64,000 bases of DNA from Amphiscolops sp. MND2022 (lineage: Eukaryota), in assembly GCA_964187785.1 (NCBI GenBank), contig OZ076409.1, positions 35,342,001 through 35,406,000 on the forward strand, given 5' to 3'. A program made the position numbers and the translations under genes. A model generated the notes under the pieces. The model searched no databases and was not told the DNA's origin. It saw nothing but the letters and a program-made list of their open reading frames with translations. Below, piece after piece: positions 50,756 through 61,899 of the stretch; position 1 is the stretch's first letter, and every line of letters begins with the position of its first letter.

Positions 50756-51690
50756 ATGTATTCAATTCATAATCGAGATGATTTAGAGAAATTGAAAAAA
50801 TTGCAAGAATCAAAATCTTTAATAAAAGCTGAAAGATTAAAACAACTCCTGGGGAAGCAAGATTTTCATTATGATACGGAAGAAGTTTTTGAACCTGTTA
50901 CAGTAAAACAGGCTGAAGCTACTAAAAACCAGAAACAATTATCTGAAAAACAAATACAAGCGCTACGTGATTCTTCTCAAACAGCAGTACAAGCAATAGA
51001 AAATCAAACACAGGCTATTCGAGAATCGAATAATGCTTTGAATAAAAATTAACAAAAATCTATTAAAGAATACGATGAAATTACTAACCGTAATAATCAA
51101 CTTATTACTAACTTAGTTAACTCAAACCAAGTTGATTCTAGTATCGTTAAGACAGTTTCTAATTTGCTTAATGACAAAAATAAAAGTCAATTTAGTTTAG
51201 AACCCGTGGATGGTAATCCAAATTTATTCATAATTAACCCTATTAATCCTCAACAAGTACTAATTAAAAATAATACACTAACCTTTTTGGGTAGTGGTAA
51301 CAAATACATTTTAAATGATCCGGATCTTTCATATTTTATAACTAATGCACAGCTAGACACACATCCACAAAACGTGAATCTAATTTATTCTTTCTTATAT
51401 GATATGAAATATAATATAAATTATGGAGATAAAAAATCAAAGAGATATTATTTCATTAAAGATTTAATAAATCAATATACATATCGAGAGATTCCTTATC
51501 AACTGTCCCAATTGGGAAGTGGAATAAAATTTGTTTATTTCCATCTGATCCAGATGAACTTGTAGATCAATTAAAACTACTTTATTTTGAAAAAATAGGA
51601 GGTAACGATAACTCTATGCTAAGAGAACAAATCATAGCAATTGTTGATAAATAATTACAGTACCAATGCATTACAACAAGTCAACACTAA
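50756..51690 (+). pseudogene. Coiled-coil protein with adintovirus gasderminX-like C-terminus
   Basis: After GSG the frameshifted tail reads PSDPDELVDQLKLLYFEKIGGND..EQIIAIVDKL, resembling the DPNEL..RL...AGN pattern; stop at 51050. Confidence 0.65.
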
Positions 51691-51761
51691 AATATACAAA
51701 GCACCTTCGATATTATTTCAGTCTAAAAAGTTATTTAAATATAAAAATTTTTTATAAATAA

Positions 51762-52019
51762 ATGGAGAATCAATCTGATAATGGAATCTTTGATAAGGGA
51801 ATCTTTGATATAATGAAAGAAAATGATTATCCATCAAAGGATAATCAATTGAATGAATTGAAAAAAGAAATTCAAGAATTGAGAAAAGAAAACTTTCAAC
51901 TTAGAATAATGTTGGAAAGTCTATCAGAAATGATTTGGAACTGCTTCGAACAACTAGGACAAAAACTAGACAAAGATATGAAGAACCTAAAAGAAGAAAT
52001 TATGTATTCAAAAGATTAA
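51762..52019 (+). CDS. Small acidic coiled-coil protein
   Basis: 85 aa, TAAATAAATG start, heptad pattern LNELKKEIQELRKEN; not seen in copy A. Confidence 0.6.
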   Translation: MENQSDNGIFDKGIFDIMKENDYPSKDNQLNELKKEIQELRKENFQLRIMLESLSEMIWNCFEQLGQKLDKDMKNLKEEIMYSKD

Positions 52020-52025
52020 TTTTGT

Positions 52026-52983
52026 TTAAAAAGGATCCGTTTGTGGATTAAAGATTTTATACTCTGGATTAGATTCATTACATATTTTATACCTACTCCC
52101 ATTCTTATCTTCTAACCTGTTTATTAATAAATAGTTGTATTTTTCTTTCCATGCCTCTCTGCACAAACTTTTAAATTCATCATAAGACATATCAAAACCA
52201 GCAATATCTCTGTATATATATTCAACATCTTTCAATGTTTGTTGAAATAAAATTATGATATTACTATTATTGCGTATGGTGCGTTTAGGCAAATCGAAAT
52301 ATGATTGTGTTAAATAATAAACATCTAAATCATTATGTCTTCCTCTAGTGAAAATTGGATCTATTAGTTTTTGATTGCTATTCAGCATATCATCAAACAC
52401 AACACAACAATTTTGAAAATCTTGAAAACTTTTATCTTCTAGATGTTCTTCTATTACTATGTCTTCTAATTCAAAATCTTCATATTGATTTGGAGATCTA
52501 GTTATTATATGTATTTCTTTTTTTTATCATATATTCGAAATATAGTAATTTATTCATTAATAAATGAGTCTTGCCACAAAATGATGGGCCAACTATTATT
52601 GTTCGATTGAACATAATATTATCATTATTATCATTATGATTTTCATTATGATGATTTTCATTAGTATAATTTTCACTAATATGATTTTCATTATTATGAA
52701 TTATATTATGAATATTATTTATAATTTTATTATCATATAAATGCATCTTCTCTATAGGACATCTTTTTAAATGTTTTGATAAATAAATTTTATTGAATTC
52801 CTTATTACAGAATTCACATTTTACTTTTTTAATGAAACATTCTATACATGTACTATACAATTTACCGATTTTATATTTGTAATAATCTGTTTTCAGTATA
52901 TTACATTCTTTACATCTTTTTTTATTACTACAATCATCGCAAATTTAAGTTTCACTATTTTTATCACAAATTAAACACTTCAT
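52026..52983 (-). pseudogene. A32/FtsK-HerA packaging ATPase 1 with N-terminal zinc fingers and Asn/His-rich linker
   Basis: IIVGPSFCGKT (Walker A), VVFDDML (Walker B), FTRGRH..YYLTQSYF..IRNNS; frameshift near 52520. Confidence 0.92.
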
Positions 52984-53125
52984 TTACTTAGTAAAAAAAT
53001 CACTAAGTCGCTAAGCAAATCACTAAGAGCATGATGTTTTAAGTGTAACCTTACGTGCTTAGTGCTCAAATATTGCTCTTAGTGAATTTGCTTAGTGATT
53101 TTTTACTAAGAAATCAGACACATTT

Positions 53126-54132
53126 TTAATTATTTTTACTAAACCTGATTGCCTGATCAATTATAATTTTTTTAAATTCCTCTTTAAGTGAGTCTGAAAT
53201 TAGTGGTTGTTGCATTCTTTCGATGTAATTGTCTATTTTAGATTCCTTTACCTTGATTTTATTTTGTTTACAATAATATACATAATAATAAGCTACATTA
53301 CAAGGTGTTATTTCAATTGTTTGATCTGACATCTCTTCTAAAAACACCTTGAGTTTGTTGTATTCGTCACCTGTAAAGAAATAACTTTCATATTTTACAT
53401 AATCTTCCGGACTCCATTTATGTTTAGTTGTATCATATACTACTTGGTACTTATGACTAAGTATTTTATACTTTTGTGATCTAGTATCAAATTCAATTAC
53501 ACCAAATTCTAACTGACTACGATATTGTTTCCACCTTAATTCTTTGATTGAATAAGTTTGTATTATGGTTTCAAAGAAACTATCTGGATTATTATTTGTT
53601 ATAAAGATCTTAAAACAATTCTCTCTTACAACAGGTAGAACATCCTTTGCTTAGTGTGCAAGATAAATAACTTGTATATTATGATGTCTACCAAACCGGA
53701 ACAAGTCTTCTACTTTTGTTCTAAGGTTTTTATATACACTTGCATCGTCTAAAATTATAGTTCTACTAGCAAGTTTGTCTATTTCAATTTTTTCTAACTG
53801 CAACAAAGGTACATAATTATCTTTAAACTCATTTTCATCTCTACCGAATACTATGAAATTTGATTTAGTTTGATCTAAATATTATTTGAGGAAACTAGTT
53901 GTTCCTGAACCACTAGTACCATAAATTAACATATGACTATTTGTATTTGTAATTGGTTTAGATGGAGATATTTCTTCAAGTTGATTAGTTAAATGAGATT
54001 TTTTAAATCCCTTGAATTGTTTTAGATTTTGGTATAATTTTTCGTAATGTCTAGGTCTAATATAATACCAATAAATATATAAAACTATAATGAAAATTAC
54101 ACAAAAGAAACCTTTATAAAATTTTTATTCAT
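53126..54132 (-). pseudogene. Second A32-like ATPase with N-terminal transmembrane-like helix
   Basis: My translation: GFFCVIFIIVLYIYWYY...HMLIYGTSGSGTTSFLK*..IILDDA..LFRFGRHHNIQVIYLAH*..VRENC; has stops and a frameshift, so mostly missing from the ORF track. Confidence 0.8.
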
Positions 54133-54146
54133 TTATTAGGAAATAA

Positions 54147-55004
54147 ATGAGTGAAAAGAAGAAGGAATTTGCTAAAGAAATATTCTCTCCTGTAATTAAG
54201 GAGTTTCAAAGAATACAAATACAAACTCACTACAAAGATGAATGTTGGAGTATTGATTTAATTGATCGCTCAAGTTTAAGCAAATACAACAAAAACTACA
54301 AGTTCATTTTCACAATAATTGACAACCATACTAAATATGCATGGGCGATCCCCATCAAAGATAAAACCGGAAAAAGTACAACAACTGCATTAAAAAGTCT
54401 TATCGAAAAAACAAAAAGAAAACCGGTTAAAATATGGTCAGATAGAGGTAAAGAATTTTATAATAGAACATTTTTGGATTTTCTAAGAGAACGAAACTTT
54501 CATATTTATTCAACTCATTCAGATTTAAAAGCTGTTTTTGTTGAACGCTTCAATAGAACACTTTTGGATTTAATCAAAGAACCAATTTACATTGAAGGAA
54601 AAGCTTGTTTGTTGAATCATCTTGATGCTGCTGTGGAAAAATATAATAATCGTGTTCATGGAACTATTAAGATGACACCTTTTGAAATGGTAACTAACAA
54701 TCAACTAATACCTAACAAAAATAATTTTGAAAACAAACAACCCAAATTTCATGTGGGAGACTATGTAAGAGTTCCTGATAAACGCAATTTATATAGTAAA
54801 GGTTATACAACAAATTGGAATAGAGAACTTTTTAAAATACATAAAAGTAATTCAACTAACCCAGTTACGTATGGTTTAGTAGATGAAAACAACGAACAAA
54901 TAGAAGGAAAATATTATGAACAAGAACTTTTAAGAAGTATATTCAACTTTAAATCTAACAACAAAACGTTAGAAAGTATGAATATTTTCCATCGTTATGA
55001 GTAA
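54147..55004 (+). CDS. int: Polinton retroviral-like (rve, DDE) integrase
   Basis: WSIDLID, IIDNHTKYAWA, WSDRGKEF, KAVFVERFNRTL, KGYTTNW, GKYYEQEL; intact 285 aa. Confidence 0.96.
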   Translation: MSEKKKEFAKEIFSPVIKEFQRIQIQTHYKDECWSIDLIDRSSLSKYNKNYKFIFTIIDNHTKYAWAIPIKDKTGKSTTTALKSLIEKTKRKPVKIWSDRGKEFYNRTFLDFLRERNFHIYSTHSDLKAVFVERFNRTLLDLIKEPIYIEGKACLLNHLDAAVEKYNNRVHGTIKMTPFEMVTNNQLIPNKNNFENKQPKFHVGDYVRVPDKRNLYSKGYTTNWNRELFKIHKSNSTNPVTYGLVDENNEQIEGKYYEQELLRSIFNFKSNNKTLESMNIFHRYE

Positions 55005-55021
55005 TTATATTTAAATAAATA

Positions 55022-55603
55022 ATGTCAATTCATAAAATTGGTTATAGTGCCGAGAGCCTACAAAAAGATAAGATTGAGAATTTTGAAAAAGAATTTGAAT
55101 CACAAACCAAATTAATCAACCTAAAACTTAATGATATGCAAAGCACCATAAATGGTATGACTGATAACCTACAAAATACCGAAGGCGCCTTGCGTGTACA
55201 AGAAATTAATTTTGATGATGGTGAAACCAAGGTAGTAGTCAATGCAAAGTTATTCTTAGACATAAATAAAAACATAGAAGACTTGAAAATCAACCTGAAA
55301 TACTTAGAACAAGATGTTAAAAATAAATTTTTAGAAAAGAAAAAAGAAATATTTTTGGATGCTGCCAAGTTAGTGGAAGAACAACAAACCAGTTTACGTA
55401 ATCATTTTGAGAGAAACCTTATTTCGGAATTGGAAAAATGTAAAAATCAAGCAGTCAAAGATACTATTCAATTACTATACAACAAAGGATTGTTTGACTC
55501 ATTTGAAAATAAAGACCAAATATTCCAGTCGTTTTTGAACTTTACAGATGAATACTTGCTTGGAAAATACGGAACAGAAATAAAGACATCAGATGGCGTA
55601 TAA
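55022..55603 (+). CDS. Unknown coiled-coil protein
   Basis: Intact 193 aa K/E-rich ORF; absent at this position in copy A. Confidence 0.65.
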   Translation: MSIHKIGYSAESLQKDKIENFEKEFESQTKLINLKLNDMQSTINGMTDNLQNTEGALRVQEINFDDGETKVVVNAKLFLDINKNIEDLKINLKYLEQDVKNKFLEKKKEIFLDAAKLVEEQQTSLRNHFERNLISELEKCKNQAVKDTIQLLYNKGLFDSFENKDQIFQSFLNFTDEYLLGKYGTEIKTSDGV

Positions 55604-55798
55604 TATTTATCTGATTTAGATTATTCAACGAGAGAAGATATCGTGTATTCCTTAAAAAAAGATGAATACAAAGATATTGTTGATCCTAAATATAGAATGA
55701 AACTAACCGATACTGAGATTAATTTTATACTTTTTGAAAACTAATTGGTAAAATTTAAACTAAATACTTTAGAAAATTAAGTTTTTATTTGAAATTAA

Positions 55799-56322
55799 AT
55801 GAGTGAAAAATTGTACCCATGTTTACAACCAAGTGATAGTCTTGATTTGCGATTGAAAGAAATAAATAGTTTTAATATTTCAATTCAAAATATAAAAGAT
55901 TTTCAAAATTTTAATAATCATGAAGCTAAAAAGTATAAAAAGAAATCTAAAATATACAAGCTTATAAACGGTTTATTTCAATCTATTGATGGAGTTTTAT
56001 TATTGGGTGTTTCTTCAACTGCTATCACATTAAGCGTTACCGGAGTTGGACTTATTGTGGTACCCATCGCGAGTGGTATAGGTGCAGGAGTATCCATAAT
56101 CAGTAAAATTCTTAACGAATCCCTGAAATGAAAAAAGAACATCACAATATTAAAAAATTTACTCTTGCTGGTAGAACACTACATGATTTCTGTAAACTAC
56201 ATTCAAAATGTATAGAAGACAATAAAATTGATCTGAATGAATACAACAAATTAAAACAAACATACGATGTGTATAAAAACAATAAAACTAAACTAAATTC
56301 TGAGTTTACTTTTTTAGGATAA
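55799..56322 (+). pseudogene. Membrane-type protein with Gly-rich hydrophobic hairpin (frameshift at ~56128)
   Basis: LYPCL..RLKEI..GVSSTAITLSVTGVGLIVVPIASGIGAG..EDNKIDLNEY; homolog at 40560-41033. Confidence 0.7.
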
Positions 56323-56448
56323 TTTTATTTATTAAAAATGATATAAATATAAAGTTCAAATCATCATCATAAATATTTTTTCTATACAAACCAAAGGTTT
56401 ATAAACTAAAAGTTTGTGCAGAAAAATTGAATATTTTTTCTTATTTAA

Positions 56449-57675
56449 ATGGAAATATTTTCATTGAAAAATAAATATGCTATGGATAAACCTATTCATA
56501 AAATTGATTTTATTAAATACTCACCTAGTAGTTTAGCTACAATTAATAATAGTAATTCAAATATTTCCATCATCTTCCCCAGAGAAGATGCATATATTTG
56601 TTTACAAAACTCATACATATCATTAGAATTGGAATTTCTTAAAAACGATGATACAAGATATGCAGATGGTGATCAAATAAGCTTGGTCAATTTTGGACCC
56701 GTTGCTTTGTTTAGTGAAGCTAAGTTAACTACTAGTTCGGGCAAGCATTTAGAAAAAGTTGATAACCTACACCCGATATGTTTAATGCATGAACTTTTAA
56801 CATCTAATCAACAAACAAGTCAATTGATGTACGGATTTGAAGAATCACAAGCAACTAGAAGACAAGAACTAACAACAAACAAAACAGAAAAAGAAACCAT
56901 TTTTGTTAGAATAAAACTAAAAGACTTGTTTGGATTTGCTGATCAAGAAAAAATAACTTATGGATTGGGTTACAGTCTCACATTAAAACGTAATAATAAT
57001 GACGACCCTATCATCAGGGACAATGGTGTTGATGCTGCAAAAATTGATATAAAAGATATAGGTTGGTATATTCCACACTATGTTTCTAGCTTAGAAAACC
57101 AGCAACTCGTGATGGATCAAATATTAGACAAAGATCCAACTGATTTATTTTATACAGAAAGAGTTCTTTTTAGAAACGATGTTAACACCAATAACAATTG
57201 GACATTTGAATTAGGCAATAGTGGAGAATCAACACCAACATGTTATTGTTGGATTTCAAGCAAGAAATAAAATTGATTCACAAACACATGATAATGCAAT
57301 ATTTGATCGACTTCCAGTTAGTAATGCTGTTTGTAAAATAGGATCAGAAAAATATCCCGATGATGGAATAGAATGTGACTACGATCGCGACAAATATGAT
57401 CAAGCATACTGTGAAAGTGAAAACTTTATCACTTAAAAAGTGAAACTAACATACTCAACCCGTTTATTGATTTGCATAAATTCAGGACAAATTATAATTT
57501 TTATGTATTCGATTTATCCAAACAAATAGACCACATCGGGAGTCAACCTGTTAGATTAGAATTTAAATTTAATGCTGCCATTGATGTAGCAGATTATATA
57601 GCTTATGCCCTTGACCTAACACCCAAGCTGATAAGTATTAGTAGTGATGGACAAAGGCATTTTGATTTATTATAA
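56449..57675 (+). pseudogene. Double jelly-roll major capsid protein (frameshifts near 57240 and 57430)
   Basis: ~408 codons over ORFs 56449, 57221, 57472; patterns LFSEAKL, IGWYIPH, VIVGFQ, KYP, YVFDLSKQ..VRLEFKF typical of Polinton MCP. Confidence 0.85.
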
Positions 57676-57750
57676 GATTATATCAGTAAATAAACTTTTT
57701 CATAAAATTGATTTTATTATATAAATTTATGAAAAGATAAGGAATCTCTG

Positions 57751-57840
57751 ATACCAAAGGTGCTTTGCATACCAAAGGTGCTTTGCATACCAAAGGTGCT
57801 TTGCATACCAAAGGTGCTTTGCATACCAAAGGTGCTTTGC
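57751..57840 (+). repeat. Five perfect tandem 18-mers ATACCAAAGGTGCTTTGC inside a 32-bp palindrome
   Basis: Read directly; arms ATAAGGAATCTCTGAT / ATCAGAGATTCCTTAT. Confidence 0.97.
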
Positions 57841-57951
57841 ATATCAGAGATTCCTTATTTAAAAATACATGACTACAGCTTATAATATAATAAGCTGATA
57901 TGATAAATAAATTTATAAAATAATATTTTTGTTTTTATAAAATGAACATAA

Positions 57952-60900
57952 TTATAAAACATGTGCTCGATCACTTATCAACTTCACAAGTAGTTGATGG
58001 GTGAGTGCTTGTTTCCAACACCAAACATTGAAATAACATTCTTCATCTGCTTTCTTGCTACCGTCATCATTTATAGTTAATTCTTTATAATACAAACCAA
58101 TTAATTTCAAACAATATATACAAGGACAATCACCTTTTTGTGTGTGTTTATCCCATGGTAAACTTTGTATTGGATTTATAAACAAACGTTTATCGTCAAA
58201 AGGATTCAAACACTACTTAGGTTGTTTTTCAACTGTAAGGTTGTGTAAATTAGATCTAATTGATATATTTGTAGAACTTGATGTTTCTGAATTAAACAAT
58301 GAATTCTGATATTCTTCACATTTGGGAGCTTTTTGTATTCCTTTTTGTTTAGCTTTTTGAATACTTTTGTAACTAAAAGAATATGACTTTGATCGCAATG
58401 CTATAAAACTATCTAACACCAAAACTGGACTTGTTTCAATTTTCATTTTTCCTATAACCTTCTTGTTAATGGGATTATATAATTCAAGAGATTTATCTAA
58501 TTCACTGAAATCAAATTCATTTTTGTTTTCTTGTAAAAAGTTTTTTTAGTTCTTGGTGGTTTGTATCAAAACTAAGTATGAAAGAATCAGTATCCATGTA
58601 GTGTAGTTGTACTTTTTTTGCCAATATTGTTCTGAAGTATGATAATAAAATTCATACATTAATAGTTTACTTAATTTTAACACAGAGAACCCCAAATAAA
58701 TTGGTTTATCAAAGACTGTTTTTTCTTCATCAAACTTGTACACACTAAACTTAGAATAATGATCCATGATTCCTTTGAAACTTAACTTGGATTGTTTTTT
58801 TATTATTTGATCTATTTGAGAATGATCAATGAATTCTAGATTGGTTCTATCTCTTACATTTTCCATTGCCTTACCAAAGAAAGCATTGTTCATTAATTTT
58901 AACAGGTCTTTTTCAAAGTTTGTTTTTGCTACTGTGCGTTTTTGGGTGTTATGATCAATGTATTTTGCTAACCATGGACTTTGCTTGAAGCGGTAGATGA
59001 TATGTATCTTCGTTACTTTCATCCCTTGGTTAAGATGAAACTTAAACATCCTATAATGTATCATATATTTCGATTTATTGGTTACATCACACATAAGTTT
59101 TGGGGTTGGTTTGTAATTAGGTTGATTTACATTATTCATAAAACTTGAGAATAAGTCTGGATCTGCTTTTGTTTGATACGGACAAAAAGGAAAGTTTTTT
59201 GTTTTTTCTTTAATTTCAACAAGACATTCTAAATAACATTCTTTAAAGTAGCCAAATTCATTATTGTCTGGAATAAATCTCAAGTCTTCTACTATTTGTT
59301 CTAGTATATACTCTTCTGGTAGTTGTAGTTTTTCGAATTCACTTGTAGGAAGGTATTGACTCATTGCCCATCCATATAAATTATTTGCATCAATGTATAA
59401 GATTTGTTTATTTTCGTTTGATTCAACAAATCGATCTCCCATTACGTTTGAGATGCCTCCCCGTTTATTGTTTTCTAGAAGTAGTAGTAGGTCTTTATCT
59501 TTTATAAAATCTAACTTTATATTTGTTAACTTTAATCCAGCTTTCCATGTATAACCAGGTAGAGAGTAACTATACAAATGATTAATTTTATATTCTCGTG
59601 TAGAGCTTTCCACAAAATTTTCAAATACATCAGCTAATTGAAGAACATCCATTTTTAAATATAACATAGTTAATTCTCTTCCATTTTTAATTTTATTTTT
59701 ATCAATTAATTCTTGGGTTCTTTTTATATCATCGACTGATGTATAAGATTGTGTTAATGTTGACCAATAATCTTCTTTGGTTAGATTAAGTGGTTTACCG
59801 AAGGGGCTTTGCGTATCAAAATTATCCAAGTTAAAATATTCATATGGATAAGCTAACTTCTTCCTAAATAATTTATCTATAAATCCATTTTCATCCATTA
59901 CAGGTAAGCTGTCTAAACTCTTACCTAATTTATCTAAACTACTACTTAGAAAACGGTATGAATCCAGGAAACGTAAGCAACCTACTTGAATTGATACATA
60001 ATTTTCCATTGACTTTGGGATTATTTTTGGTTCATACACCTTTTCGAAAGCTTGTATTAAGAGTTCTTGAAATATGAGATGACAATCATACCCAGAAAAG
60101 TTATGGAAAAACATAGGAACAAAACTTGATGACCTTTGTTTACAATTTATGTTACATATAATATGAGCTGCTCCCCTGCATTTTCCTGTTAGGTGATCAT
60201 GATCTCTTACTTTACGTAATTCGGTACCTTCAGTAAAAGGTTGTTCGCAAATCCAACACTCTTCTGCAAGTTGAAATGATTCTTCTTCTTGAGGAGTTAT
60301 TTCTAATTCTAAATTTGTTTCAAAATATTTTGATGCAATTTTTTCTAAAGTCAACATTTCAATCACAAACCAACTTTTACAATCTAATCCAAAGTATGAG
60401 CTGTAATTATTTCCGAATGGTGAAATCTGATAATATCCTACTGCAATTGGAATTTGTTTAAATAATACTTTGGGGTCTTTTTGAAGTTGATTAATACATT
60501 CAAAATCTGCATATACTCTTATTGGTACAGGAACTTTCATATAAAAATCTTCGAACTTTAACTGATTCTTCCAACTGAATGTGATATTAGTTGGTTGTTG
60601 ATTTATACATCTTTCTATGTGGTTGTTTAGAACATCGTTTGAATAAAATGCAGTAAAACATCTCCTACAAACATGTTTCATGTGTGAATCTTTATTTATT
60701 AAACAATGTAACTTTGTAATTAAACAATAGTGATTTTTATATAACATTAAATCAATTTGTGGTTGTTTGTAATTTTCGTTAATATAAATTGGTGTTAAAA
60801 CATTTCCAGTGAGTTCAAATACATTCATACCATGACCTCTGATATTCGATTTATTAAGTCTTTCAAATTTGGGAATGTCTTTAACTTTCATAGGGAATTC

Positions 60901-61750
60901 CAATCCTTTTAGGTTGAGTTTATTCTCATGCATTAAATATTTTGATATTCTATCTTTGTGATCCTCAATAGGATATTAAAATGCTAGGATACACCATAAA
61001 AAACAATATTGATCATTATTCTTTATATTTATAATTGATTTACTATCCTTATATTTTCCTGGTAACTCAATGTATGAAGATGCTTGAATATCTCTAACTT
61101 TATATATTTCTAATATAACTTCTTCTATTTCTTGAAATTGAAAACCTGATCCTTCCAATTGGATTTCGTCTAATTTCTCTATTAATGTGTTATGAAGATC
61201 TTGTTGCCAACCGAAGGTGCTTTGCATGTTGTTATACGTTAGATCTGATTTTATTCATCTTTTAAAAACTTCTTCTTCTCCATTAACAATTTTTGAAAAC
61301 TTAGCTAAATAACTCAATTGATATTTATATCGGGGAAAATAATTTTTACTAAGTAATTCATTTATGTTATGTTCAAGAATTTCAGTAGGATTTACTTTCA
61401 GTTTAATGTATGTGTTTTCATTCACAATTGTATTTACTCCATTACCGGAGGGCGGTACAGCTGTACCGAAATCTGTAATACCGTTTTGTTGACGGTTTTG
61501 TAAATGAGTTTCACTCTGGAAATGTCTTGTTTTATCAGATATATATTTGCCACATTCTGCACACCATACTTTTTTATTTTTATTTTTATGTTCATGTGAA
61601 TTTAAATGAGAATTTTTATCTGATAAGACATATATAAATTACATATATTACAAAAATATTGCCCTAATTTTTCTTGATGTTTTACTTATTTATTATGAGC
61701 TAATTTTAAAACTTTTTTATAATATAAACCACAAATATTACAATATTCCA
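57952..61750 (-). pseudogene. polB: Protein-primed family B DNA polymerase with N-terminal zinc fingers and an EndoVII/HNH-like insert
   Basis: YADFE (exo), RDHDHLTG..AHIICN (EndoVII-like), HNFSGYD, YIDANNLYGWAM, KLMNNAFFGK, frameshifted YMDTDS; 795 aa core ORF 58546-60933. Confidence 0.95.
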
Positions 61751-61899
61751 TTTCTATTTATTAAAGAAAAAAAAGTTTAATTAAAAATTTTTCAATAATA
61801 ATTTTTCAAAAATTAATGAAAAGTATTTTAATTTTCTTACCTGGGGTTCTAGGTGCGAAAATTTGCCAGATATAAAAGTTGTTTCAAGAATAAAAATAA

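Noticed and set aside
53880..53890. Stop at the same codon in ATPase 2 of both Polintons (TAA vs TAG) as readthrough or alternative code
   Set aside because: Both are one step from Tyr codons, and another TAA in this gene aligns with TAT in copy A; decay is sufficient, though a consensus would settle it
57751..57840. CRISPR-like array
   Set aside because: Repeats are directly adjacent with no spacers, and the context is eukaryotic with no cas genes
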